Positions 13,478 to 26,057 of a stretch of 64,000 bases of DNA are shown here, one piece after another. Each line of letters begins with the position of its first letter. Within the stretch, counting starts at the first letter, position 1. Source of the stretch: Octopus vulgaris (Eukaryota); NCBI GenBank assembly GCA_951406725.2, contig OX597818.1, positions 372,001-436,000 on the forward strand, given 5' to 3'. The translations under genes and the position numbers were made by a program. The notes beneath the pieces were generated by a model. That model saw nothing but the letters and a program-made list of their open reading frames with translations. It did no database searches and had not been told where the DNA came from.

Positions 13478-16196
13478 TGTGTGTGGTTGTGGGTGTTTGA
13501 GTGACATTGTGAAGACAAAAGATAATTGGAAGAAAGAGGAATTGTTGCTTCTGCAGATTATATCTGTACAAGTTGTCTACAGACAGGTAAAAAGAAAACC
13601 AGTGGTAGGAATTTTTAACACATAAGTGTTGAAAATTTCAATTAAGCTATGATTAATGAGATTTTCAAAGCTGACAGAATAAAATGGGAAAGTATTTTGA
13701 AAGTTGACATAATTTATAATTCTAAAGGTATGAATAGTTAGAGGAGAATTTAGTTCTTCCTAATTGTGTCATAGTACTTGAGATATGGGGAAGGACTTAG
13801 AAATTTAATTATGACAAGTAACAAATAACTATTTAAACATAAGAAGCACAGCAAATATAATAAAACAAATATTTAAAAGAAGCTAATTTTTAAAACTTTC
13901 TTTCATCTCTTTTATAACCTTCATTGATTTTTTTATTGTTTGTTTCTATAGCTTCGCTGGTTTAGATTTAATTGCAAGAGAGAAGGTGCTAGTGAAGTAA
14001 AATAGCTCCCTTCACTCAGACATGGTTATGAGGTTGGTCCAATTAACCTGAAATACCAAGCCTAAGAAGACTGAAATATGTCCAGCATTGTCACCAAACT
14101 GATAACTTTCACAGTTTACCTCCCCTGCCTTTACAGACTAGAATCACTCATTAAAATAATCTTCTGCTGTTATAACTCTATTCAGAATTAAAATACATTA
14201 TAGGAATCTGCTTTGATATATTACTGGTGTGTTATGTTATCAACACCAGAAAGACAAAAGTTGACTTCAGTGAGATTTAAGTAAATAATGCAGGAATGTT
14301 TGCTGACACTAACAATTCTGCCAATACAATATTTTTACCTCACAACAGGTACAATTTTGATTACAGTTCCTTAGGTAGTTGCATTTATGTTTATAGTTTG
14401 AATTTTAAAAATGCCACAACCTGCATCATGGTTGAGTTAAGGCCAAATCTGGTCGTAACTCCAATATGATGCAACTTTAACCAATCCAAATACTTAAGAC
14501 TAGATATCAATAAAAAATATTACATCCCATTATATTTGGAGTCAGGTATCAATAAATAAAATTGCAGTTATATTAATGATACTGAACTTGAAAATGTGAC
14601 AGTTTATTCTTCTATTATAGTGATTTCTTTAAAGTCAATCACTTGTGTGATTTACTGGTTTAATGTGTTGATTCAGCAGACCTATGACTGTCTAACCATG
14701 GCAATCCTATCAGTTTGTCAGACAGCATATTTCAAGTGAATTAGAAGTCTTCTTACATGGTCTCTCAACCTGCTAAAAATAGCAACCAAATATCCTTCAA
14801 ATCACATCCTTCTATCTTAAAAAAAGGAAGGACACCTTCGGTAATGTAGTTATCTCCTGCAAGAAAAACAGGATAGCAATTCTTGGCAAATGTCTTTGAT
14901 CATATATCAGATGTATCAAGGCTGACCTGGGGCTATACAACAAAAAGTAAAACAGTGTTCCTATAGATACATTATCCAATGTGTTCCTCCTTTTCCAACA
15001 TGAAGTGTGATTTGAGGAAGATTTGGCTACTATTTCTGGTGGACTGAATAACAATATAAAAGCTTCCTTGATGGCATGTATTGTTATTGTTAATGGTGTT
15101 AGGAATCTGAAAGAGAGTTGCAGGGCTTCATACAGGATATTCCATCATCTAGGTTTGTCATACTAGGGAACATGCAGTGCTTCACACCACAACATATTAC
15201 TCTGTAGGTTTGTCATATAAGGGGTACCTGAGGTGTATCACACTAAACATTCCACCCTGTGAAGTTACTTCGAATGTACTAAGAGAGCAACATGGCAGCC
15301 TTGGTTAGTTGTTGACAGTTTAAGGTAGAAATTGACATAGAGTTAGATGTGGGTGGGAAGTCTAGATGAATTGTCTGGCAATAAAGGGGCAGTCATGTGG
15401 AATGGCTGGCATTTGAGAGAGAGAGAGAGAGCACAGATTGTCAAAGTAGTTGTTAACAGGGATTAAGAGAGATTATGGTTTTTGACAGAAGGATTAATAT
15501 TGTTGAATTAAGTTTGAAAAACATAGGATAAAATGGTTCTGTATGCATACATACACACACACACATGTTTCTGAGATCTTTTATTCTTTCATTAGTTTCA
15601 GTCAGAAAAGTGACATTATTCTAGGGTACCATGTTAAAAGATGAATTATGTCAACATGAATACTCAGTCTTGATGTTTTATTGATCTCTGTTCACCTGCT
15701 GAGTTTTATCCATTTGGGTAGCTATCTCCACCAAGGTATTTCAGGAAGATACTATAAAGTATTTTACCTTAATTTACAGTTATGCCACCATATGGTTAGA
15801 GATTCAATCTCACTGCATGGGTGCTGTCAGTATCAACTACTATAGCCTGGGGTTCACCAATACCTTGAGAGTGCAGTTTATAAATGGATACTGAAAGAAG
15901 CTTATCAAGTGTGTGTATGTATATGTATGCTATGTGTATGCTGTGTGTGTGTGTGTGTGTGTGTGACAGAGTTTGTATTCTCCCTCATCATATGCATGCT
16001 AATTGTAAACAAAAGCCTCCTTGTTCATACAAATGGTGTCATTTGTTTGTAGTTCCCTAAAAGATATACGTCTGCACTGTTCATTGATAGACTGAGGCTC
16101 TAAAAAATGATGCCTTAAATAAAATCTCAAATGATCCATGCAAGCATGAAAAATAAAACACCAAAATAATCATGATGAAGATGATATATATGCCAT

Positions 16197-16271
16197 GGGT
16201 ATATGACATAGTGGTTAAGAGCGCAGCTTACTATCCCCAAGATTCCGAGTTTGATTCCGGGCAGTGACTTG
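16197..16271 (+). mobile_element. tRNA-like Pol III head of a composite element whose 3' half lies at 17366-17536
   Basis: A-box-like tgacatagtggttaaga and B-box-like gagtttgattcc at tRNA spacing. No proper acceptor stem, so not a functional tRNA. Followed by aataat and then the RTE tail. Confidence 0.7.
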
Positions 16272-16277
16272 AATAAT

Positions 16278-17365
16278 CATCATCATCATCAGCATCATCA
16301 TCATTTAGCGTCCGCTTTCCATGCTAGCATGGGTTGGACGGTTCAACTGGGGTCTGGGAGGCCAGAAGGCTGCACCAGGCCCAGTCTGATCTGGCAATGT
16401 TTCTACAGCTGGATGCCCTTCCTAACGCCAACCACTCCGTGAGTGTAGTGGGTGCTTTTTACGTGCCAGATGGAGCTGGCAAACGGTCACGGTCGGATGG
16501 CGCTTTTTACGTGCCACCAGCACGGGGACCAGGCAAGGCTGCCAACGGCCACCGGCACGGGTGCCCGTTGGGGCGGTGCTGGCAACGGCCATGTTCGGAT
16601 TGTTCGCTTACATGCCACCGGCACTAGTATCACAGCTACAATTTCCATTGATGTTGATCGATTTCGATTCTGATTCTGATTCTCACTTGCCTCAACAGGT
16701 CTTCACAAGTAGAGTTTTGTGTCCAAAGAAGGAAAGGTATGCATAAGTGGACTAGCTACATCCCAGGTAGAGGCCATCGGTTATGGTCTCACTTGTCCTG
16801 CTTGGTCTTCTCACGCACAGCATACTTCCATAGGTCTCAGTCTCTAGTCATTTCCTCGGTGAGACCTAAAGTTCAAAGGTTGTGCTTCACTACCTCGTCC
16901 CAGGTTTTGCTGGGTCTACCTCTTCCACTGGTTCCCTCAACTGCTAGGGTGTGGTACTTTTTCACACAACTATCTTCATCCATTCTCGTCACATGACCAT
17001 ACCAGCGCAAACGTCTCTCTTGCACACCACAACTGATGCTTCTTAGGTCCAACTTTTCTCTCAAGGTACTTACACTATGTCGAGTACGAACACTGACATT
17101 ACACATCCATCGGAGCATACTGGCTTCATTTCTTGTGAGCTTACGCATATCCTCAGCAGTCATGGCCCATGTTTCACTGCCATGTAGCATGGCTGTTTGT
17201 ACACATGCATCATACAGTCTGCCTTTTACTCTGAGCGAGAGGCCTTTAGTCACCAGCAGAGGTAAGGGCTCTCTGAACTTTGCCTAGGCTATTCTTACTC
17301 CAGCAGTTACACTTTCAGCACACTCACCCCTGCTACTGACTTGGTCACCTAGGTAACGGAAGCTA
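16278..17365 (-). mobile_element. 5'-truncated RTE LINE copy
   Basis: Encodes KGRLYDACVQTAMLHGSETWA...ERRLRWYGHV.RMDED...GRGRP.KTW, colinear with the 47412-48308 ORF. Has a 3' UTR and (ATG)n tail, with AATAAT on both sides. Confidence 0.92.
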
Positions 17366-17442
17366 ATAATAATCATAATAATAATAATAATAACATTGAA
17401 AAATACCTTGGGAATGAGAACTCAGGTTCGATATTTCACCAA

Positions 17443-17488
17443 AACACCTGATGAAAGCTGGAGGGTATATCAGCCGAAACATTGTGTT
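17443..17488 (+). ncRNA. Minimal type I hammerhead ribozyme motif (Penelope-like-element style), probably mutated in this copy
   Basis: AACAC-CUGAUGA-AA-GCUG-GAGGGUAUAU-CAGC-C-GAAAC-AUU-GUGUU. Both core boxes are present, with stem II GCUG/CAGC, stem I AACAC/GUGUU and a vestigial stem III. Confidence 0.7.
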
Positions 17489-17754
17489 AACAACAAACAA
17501 GATGAGGACAAATATCTGTCAAATGTAAATAATGTAAGACCTATCAAGGCGAACAAAATCACAGTCTTAGCAGATACCAATGTCATGCAAATTGGCACCT
17601 GTGCCAGTGGAATGTAAACACAGTCTGGTGTCATGCAAATGGCATCCGTGTCGGTGGCATGTAAAAGCACCCATTACACTCTAGGAGTGGAAGGGCATTC
17701 AACCATAAAAAAACCCTGCCAAATCAGACTAGGGTCTGATGCAGCCTTCCATAA

Positions 17755-18524
17755 CAGAACAATTTGATGTCAGTCTCAGAACAGCTATCAGGTATCTCCA
17801 CAGACTTGGCTACTATGGCAGAACTGCAAGAAGGAAGCAACATCTTTGACCAGCTAATATCAAATGGAGAATAGATTGGACCAGTGAGATGGTAGAGAAG
17901 CCACTAGCACTTTGGGACACTGTCATATTCTCTGATGAGTCCAGATTTACTTTATTTTCTGACAGTGGACGAGTGTGGGTTTCAAGACTCTGTGATCAAG
18001 AATTTGACATGAAAAGACTGCAACCAACAATGAAACATGACAGCTAGTCTGTGATGGTTTGTAGAGTAATTTGGAGCAACGGTTGATCAGAGCTGGTGGA
18101 GTGGGAGGGAAACATAAGCTCAGATAAATATGTGTCCATATTGCAGAAAAGACTGCTTACAATCTTCTTCAGTGGTGAAATGATTAAAGAAAACTCTTTA
18201 TTTATAGAAGATGGGGCTCCTTGTCACTCAGCTAAAAAGACCCAAGATTGGTTGAAAGAGAATGGCATTAAAAAGCTTTCATGGTCAAGTCAGTCACCAG
18301 ATATGAGGTCTATTGAACACCTCTGGGGAATAATGGACAGGACACTTTTTAAAAAAAACAAGAAAGCATTTCCAAAGCCAGATCTTTTGAGATTACTGCA
18401 TGAAACTTGGCAAGAAATTCCTCAAAAGAATATACATCATCTGATCAGTAGCATGCCTAATAGGATCCATGCATTGATAAGTGCAAAGGGCATGTCAACT
18501 AGATATTCACATTATAATAATTAA
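17755..18524 (+). mobile_element. Tc1-family (DD34E) transposase relic
   Basis: VIFSDESRF at about 17921-17947, then FIEDGAPCH and WSSQSPDMRSIEHLWG. In-frame stops upstream; no TIRs seen. Confidence 0.9.
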
Positions 18525-18599
18525 TAAATAATTTGAATTTATAATTTTAGATTAAAACAAATTTAATGATTATAAGGTTCTCTATTTACTTTCGTCATG

Positions 18600-18840
18600 T
18601 CGCCTTGAATGGCTTCTGTGCCGGTGGCACATAAAAAAGCACCAACCGATCGTGGCCGATGCCAGACCCCTCTGGCACCCGTGCAGGTGGCACGTAAAAA
18701 GCACCCACTACACTCGTGGAGTGGTTGGCGTTAGGAAGGGCATCCAGCTGTAGAAACACTGCCAGATAAGACTGGACCCCGGTCGAACTATCCAACCCGT
18801 GCTAGCGCAGAAAACGGATGTTAAACGATGATGATGATGA
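18600..18840 (+). mobile_element. RTE LINE 3' tail with two structured repeat units and (GAT)n
   Basis: gtgccggtggcacataaaaaagcacc ... ggagtggttggcgttaggaagggcatccagc ... gttaaacgatgatg. Confidence 0.8.
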
Positions 18841-18845
18841 TATAC

Positions 18846-19061
18846 AGGCGGCGAGCTGGCAGAAATGTTAGCACGCCGGGCGAAATGCGTAGCCGTATTT
18901 CGTCTGTCATTACGTTCTGGGTTCAAATTCCGCCGAGGTCGACTTTGCCTTTCATCCTTTCAGGGTCGATAAATTAAGTACCAGTTATGCACTGGGGTCG
19001 ATGTAATCGACTAATCCGCTTGTCTGTCCCCTCTGTGTTTAGCCCCTTATGGGTAGTAAAG

Positions 19062-19063
<2 letters not shown>
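18846..19063 (+). mobile_element. Young tRNA-derived SINE (CpGs intact), followed by (TA)n
   Basis: ggcggcgagctggcagaa...gggttcaaattccgccgaggtcgactttgcctttcatcctttcagggtcgataaattaagtaccag. Confidence 0.85.
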
Positions 19064-19109
<46 letters not shown>

Positions 19110-22100
19110 GACATCACTTGAAAACATTTACTTTAAATAGAAAATATATACAACTGTAAGCCTACCTTTGCACCATCCTGTGTATATTTAGTTACTCTAT
19201 CAGAAATAACAGCCCAAGCTCTCTCAAATTACATCCTAATGGATAAAAATATGGAGGATGCATTAAATAATGTAGCCCTAAGTCTTTCATAGGTCTGCTG
19301 TTTCAAGGCTAAACAACAACAACAGTATCTTCAGGTAAGTCATTTAGTGAGGGAGTTTTCAGCAGACAGACAGGTCCGATCCTGTCAAACTGTCCAATCC
19401 AGTCTGACATTTGAATCCCTCATAAAGAGATTCACTACTTGCACAGTAACATTATTAAGTCAGCAATCACAATTTTCCACCTGCACATGTCTGGTGAAAA
19501 GCTGGTTTTCTTGTCAATTAAGTTCCTTGTGTCAGAAACTTGAATAAGAGGATAGTCTGTGTTTACAGACAGGTGTGGTCAGAGCCAGGTGAAGTTACAG
19601 GTAGTGATCATTGTTCAGGTAAGCTCTTCAAAAACCATAACATCTTCCAACAAGAGAAAGTTGATAATCTGGTTTGGTGGTTGTTGTTCAAACTTGGATT
19701 AGCCTTGTTCAAACAGACATACAATCAAAATTTTCCAGCTGTGACCATCCTAACTTTCTTCTACATACAGTATAAGTTAAGTTAAGTTAAGTATATCTAG
19801 GACAACAATTATACAATGTGTCCTTCCTGTTTTCTTTTTTTTTTTTAATGTAAATCAGGGTGTTGTGATTTGAGAGGGGGGGTGTATTGGCTACTACTTC
19901 TAGCAAGTCAAGTGTCCATGTAGAAGCTCTACTGTTTGCATGTTGATAGTTTGATAGTTGTTTAGTCCTAGGTGAACTCTATGACCAAACACATTCAGAT
20001 CATAACTCATATATTTCTGTCTAAAGTCTAATGTGTTCTTGTTTTAATAATAATTAGATTTTATATAAGGAAATTTGGCTGCTATTTCTAGATGCTCCCA
20101 TATTGGGCTGACTAAAACCAATGAGGAATGCAGTAACAAGATGGTAGTAGTTGTAAATTTAACAAATTGTTTCTTCATTAATAGATTCATGAGGTAGGGT
20201 AGAAACTGAAGTATACGAGAGCAAAGATACTGACGTAACACACACACACACACACACACACTGCATAGATATGATGTAACATAAACTACAGGATAGGCAG
20301 ATAAACAATTTATGTGTGTGCACACATGAATGTATATACCCTATGTATAACTATCTACGAGTGTGTGCGCATGTGTGTCACACACACAGACACACACACA
20401 CATGAATATAGGTAGTTCAGAGTGTTTCTTTGTTAAGTTATCTTAAAACTGGAGCCAAGATCAAAACAAACATTTATTTAGAATTGAGATAAGCTGGAGA
20501 ACTAAGATGATATTGTTTGACTTAGTAATAACACAATTTACAAGTCACCCTTCTAACATCGCTTTTGCTGGAGAAATAAAGTCCATGTGCTTTCATAAAG
20601 CCTGTAATTTTTAATACATTTGGGGCTTACTTCACAGTGTAACACCTGCAATAGATTATCAGTAATTACAATTTGAGCATCAACCTTAGGTAAACAACAG
20701 TTGTTTGACCTTAAAATTGCCTGTGGTTATAACAGATTAAACAGCTAAGTTTTAGGTGTAGGAAAAAAACTGGAAACTAATTCAAAATTTTAACCGTTTT
20801 GCATGGTGACCAATCCCACACTCTTATTTTAAGGTGTAGAATAATTTCATACTTCGGATTCTACATAATAATTTCTTACATAATCACAAGGCCAGAAATT
20901 TGAGGGAGAAGGAACAGTTGATGAGATCAAGCCTAGTATTTGACTGGTACTTTATTTCATTGATCATAGAAGAATGAAAGGCAAAGTTAACCTCAGCAGA
21001 ATTTGAACTCAGAACATAAAGGGCTGTGAATAAATACTGCAATGCTCAAATGATTCCTGTTATTCTCCACCCTAATGAATTCCACATAATAGCAAAATAC
21101 ACATCACAATCAATGAAGAAGACAGAATAACAATTTCAGCAGAACATGATCTAAATGATGTGAGTGACAGGTAGATCAATCAAGAAACAGAACCATTAAC
21201 AATCATGATGGCAGTATGAGATAATTGATGAAAGATAGAATGACAACTTCAACAAAATTAGATATAAATGGAGCAATTAACAGGTAGATACACAAGATTA
21301 TTGAACCAGCCAATGAATAAGTGATAAAGAAATAAACATATTTGAAAAGAAATAAAATACAGCTTAGGAAAATGGGATTTGATTATGCATTAGATAATCT
21401 ATCTAGGTTGTCCCACGGGATACTCCTATTAGATAAGCAAAGACAAAATAATCAGTAAATTGGGAATTGAACTCATGACCTTACTATCACGTGCCAAATA
21501 CCCTAACCACTAAGCCATATGGGATATGTGACAGCATGGCAAATTATAAATGATGATGATGGTAGTGGAGTGATGGTGAATGTGTTAGTGGTAGTGGTGA
21601 AGGTGATGGTTTTTGGATGGTGACAGTGGTGGTGATGGTATTGATGGTGGTGGTAAAAGCTGTTTGGCAACAGTAATAATGAGTTTCTCTTTAAATCTCT
21701 CATTTTCATGACATAAATAAACAAGTCAATAATTCCATCTGAACCATTATAAATACCAGGAAGATATATTAAAATATCTCCTACAATTATTCCTCATTAT
21801 CATGGGTACACATTTGTTGAGGTCAATGATGATTGCCAGCTTAATTTAACATCTATGAAGCAGCACAAGATTATGTAGGTCAATCTGAGATCCACAAGTC
21901 CTATCACCAACCAAGTAGAAGATGGATGTCAGCTACTTTGCATTGCTTTATACACACATGCTTACAGTTGAGGTGTTCGGTCAGTGATGTATCAAAAATT
22001 TGATCTCCATCATAGATTATATGTCTCTAAATATGTTGATTATCATTCAACCATTTGTTCTGCCACTAAATGTGCATGAATTTTCCTCAGACATTTCTGG

Positions 22101-24762
22101 TGATATATTTCTAACATCTAGAGATGTCAACTAGTCCAGGCTTCAGAGCCATAGAGGAGTTACAACAATGGCCATTGTACTATTACATTAAATAGTAAAG
22201 AAGAAAAGTGTGCATAGTTCTGTAGAAGCATTAAATATCATTCTGTAGGATGTTCATATAGAATTTTCTATTCTTAATAGGTGAGAAACATTGTCATTCA
22301 TAAACACAGATCTTCTCCCATGCAAAGGTGAGGAGTGGTGTTATGTGAACATCAGGCTTTTCTGGAATGGTTTAAAAAATCAACTACATCTGGGAATGAG
22401 TTTTGGACTCTGCTGGTCAAGATCTTACCATTATTTTCCTGAGTTCATCAAATAATGATTACTAATACAGGAACATAAACCCAGATATGTTACAATAGGA
22501 GTTGTGATGCCCTCACAAGCTCCCTTGTGTTGAAAGTAGGTCTCTATGATATTAAGATTGACCCTAAAGATCTCTGCTATCAGGATGGCTTCTCATTTTG
22601 CCTCTCATCCTGTCTTAGTCAATAAAGTAGATGGTTGGGCCAAAGTAGTTGACATTATCTTAGAAAGTGTTGTCCGGTATGGCTACAGTCTATGAAACCA
22701 GTAAAACAATTTAATAAGTGTAATCTTAGTCTCATAAACGAAGGTATCATAAATGTATAACATTGTCATGACTATCTTAAATCAATAAATAAGCTCTGCA
22801 AATAAATACTCAGTCCTCCACTATATAACCTTGACAGGTCCATAAGTAGTATTCCTACAGAGAGAAGATCACAATACATACTGTATATTTTTGCACCCAA
22901 CTCTACATTGCACACAAATCAAATCTTCCCCCAAACTGTTCATTTTAGCTCCATCAAACTCACTACTATGCTCACAAGAAAATTCCTATCAGATATTAAA
23001 CCTTCTGGTAGGCAATTCCACTAAAGATACCCAAGGGAGTGGGGGTATTAAACCTGATGATAGATTAAACCGGATACCAAAGGACAGGGATGGTGGTACC
23101 TTCTGAAAGCTTCCAAACAGTTTCTCTTTACCAAACTCTACTTACATAATGGTTCCAATCAAATCAGCAATAGAAAACTGAACCCTAACCTACAGTGTTG
23201 TGAAGTGAACTCAACAACACAGCCATGGATGTGATTCTTCACTGGTTAGTAATTACCTGGATATCCACAATGACATACATTGTCATCATTGCTTAGATGG
23301 TAGCCATGCTGATCTTTTAGATGGTGGCCATATTGATCTATTTATTGCCTTATATAGCCCACCTAATATTATCTAAATCAAACCCAAAAATAGTAACCAA
23401 ATCACATTCTTACTATTTTTAAAATGAAGTAACAATAAACAAGGTAATCCACAGAGCCTGAAAGAAAGATAAACACAGCTGAAAACAATAAGGGTTACCG
23501 ACAACAACAAAAATCAGTAACAATCAAATTACTTATTAATAAATTAACTGAAAGTATTTTCAGTTGAAACAAATGATTTAGAATGACAAACCTAGCACTG
23601 ATTCAGGATAACAGATAGAAATATTGCAAATAGAAGATTAAGTGTAGGGAGTAAAAGTGAAGTGAGGAAGGAAATGTAGTGAGAAGATGACATAAGAGAA
23701 ACAGTGAAGTAGGAGGGAGTGTAGTGATGAGAGAATGGTGGTAACAGTGTAGATTGTAATAAATATGTATGATCTATTAGCATCCTTAAAGAAAGAAGAA
23801 ATTGATGATACTTAACTATTTCAGTGGGGAAATGTTCCAGAAAGATATCTGACCAGACAGATGGCATATTTTCACCTCCCTTGTTTCACAGGTACACAAC
23901 AAATGCACTAACTACCTTACTTTGTGCATGCAAGCACTACATGCTATGTATTTACATATATATATGTTTATGTGTGTGTGCAGGTGGCTGCACGTATACA
24001 GATATGTTCACATATACACAGGCAACACACACACACACACATATATATACACACATACACTTGCTCTTCCAACCAACCCCAAATCAGGGTCCAACCATCT
24101 GGATGAAAGGAACAAAAGCAGATTTATACAAGATTTGATGGGAAGTGAGAAACTGTTGTGAGCAGATGTCAACTTAAAGTGACTGGAGGGGGTGTCATTA
24201 GAAGATACAAACAGCAAAGAAGATTAGCAGTGGTGAAGTAGTGGTGTGGTAGGGAGAAAGAGGATAGAAATGCCTTGTCGTATTTAGTTACAATATACTG
24301 AGTTCAAATCATGCTGAAGTCAACATTACCTTTCATCCTATGGATGGATGGAAGAGAGGAAGGAAATCAGTAAGATAAAAAAGAAACACCAAAAATGTCT
24401 ATCTTGTGCCAATGATAGAAATCACATAAAGACAAATAAAGGCAGAAATACCAGTACCAAAAGTTTCTGGCCTCTATATTCCAAGTTCAAATCCTGCGAC
24501 GGTCAACTTTGTGCTCCATCATTCCTGGAATGATGATGATGATGTGAGTGTGTGTGAAATTAATAGAAGAGACAAGAGGAATATTGGAAGGGCAGGACAG
24601 TTGTACCCCTCTATATTCTGAGTTTAAATCTCACCAGGGCTGACTCTACCTTTCATTATTCAAAGGTCAATAAGATAAGTAGTACTGTAGTACTGGGGTT
24701 GTTTTAATTGACAGCTCCTGTCCATTATATTTGTGCCTACATTAGAAATTATTATTGTTACC

Positions 24763-24796
<34 letters not shown>

Positions 24797-26022
24797 ATAC
24801 ACATGCACACATACAAACACCACACCTATTGCAAATACTCTACAAGTGTTAAACTAACACCATGTTCATTGTACTTTATTCTTCCTCTGTGGTTCAGTTA
24901 TCCAACCCATGCCAGCATGGAACATGGATGTTAAATGATGACACTGATGACAATTTTATGCCCACTTTCCATGCTTTTGGTTGGATAGAGCATTACAGTT
25001 CACATCCTTTCTCATTGGAAGCTACTGCTCTCATACTTGAATGCATCACTTAGCTTGGTTTCTAAGAGTCAATATTCTTCACATCACCAACCATTTTACA
25101 ATGTGTATTGTATGCATTTTCTCAAGACACCAGCACCAGAAAGGATGATAAATCTTAGGAGAAACAAGACTTATGGGACCACCCAACCCTATGCTATCTC
25201 TGTTCATTCATTTAAACAGTGTGCACTAGGTACACCAAGTCTTCAGTAAGCTATGACTAAAAGGACCTCTCAACCCTAATTCCCCATCTCCATCACACAC
25301 ACACACAAAGTGCAAAGCTGAGAGGATCGATTAATTTTATTGAGGGTTTGACACTGCCATATTGCTGATGTTATGAAAAAAACACATTCTGTAAAGTGGT
25401 TGGTGTTAGAAAGTGTACCCAGCAAGCTAGGATACAAAGTCATGAGTGAAATGTGACCCCCTAATCCTTGAGGTGAAGAGCACCTCCAAATATGTGCTGA
25501 TGCCATTTGTGGCAACCCATTCTATACATGCCAGCATGGAAAGTAGATATATGATGATGATGATGATACATGTGTGTGTGTGTGTATGCACATGTACACA
25601 CACACATACACTAAGCATCAAACAGGTTTCATTGCCCAACTTGTTTTCTAATTATTCATAAAAACTTACTTTTACAAAGAACATTTATCATTTAGGAAAA
25701 AAATAGTAAAAAAAGGAGATAAAAAAAGCCTTTCAATATTTTAATTAATTAAAAACCAACTATTTTCTTTTTTCTATATGTCTTTCTGTTTTTACATTTT
25801 TTCTAACATATTTTATTTTTCTCCTGAAATATTAGAAGGAAACAAAATTTAAAACAAGTAGAAATGATTTCAAAGTATTTCTTTCTGTAAGGCAAGATTG
25901 ATGAGATTAAGGTGTTAGTGGTGTAGCAGACACCACTAAGAGAGAGAACATGTTGGCCTCTAGGAGGAAAACTGTCTCCTATTGTTGCTAATGGTATACA
26001 GATGGAAGAGATAACTATTTTC

Positions 26023-26057
<35 letters not shown>

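Noticed and set aside
16197-16271. tRNA gene
   Set aside because: No acceptor stem and no oligo-T terminator; treated as a SINE-type head.
19166-19177. Possible 12-nt phase-0 microexon (DGAK), cag|GATGGTGCAAAG|gtaggc
   Set aside because: No polypyrimidine tract; such matches are expected by chance in a 25-kb intron.
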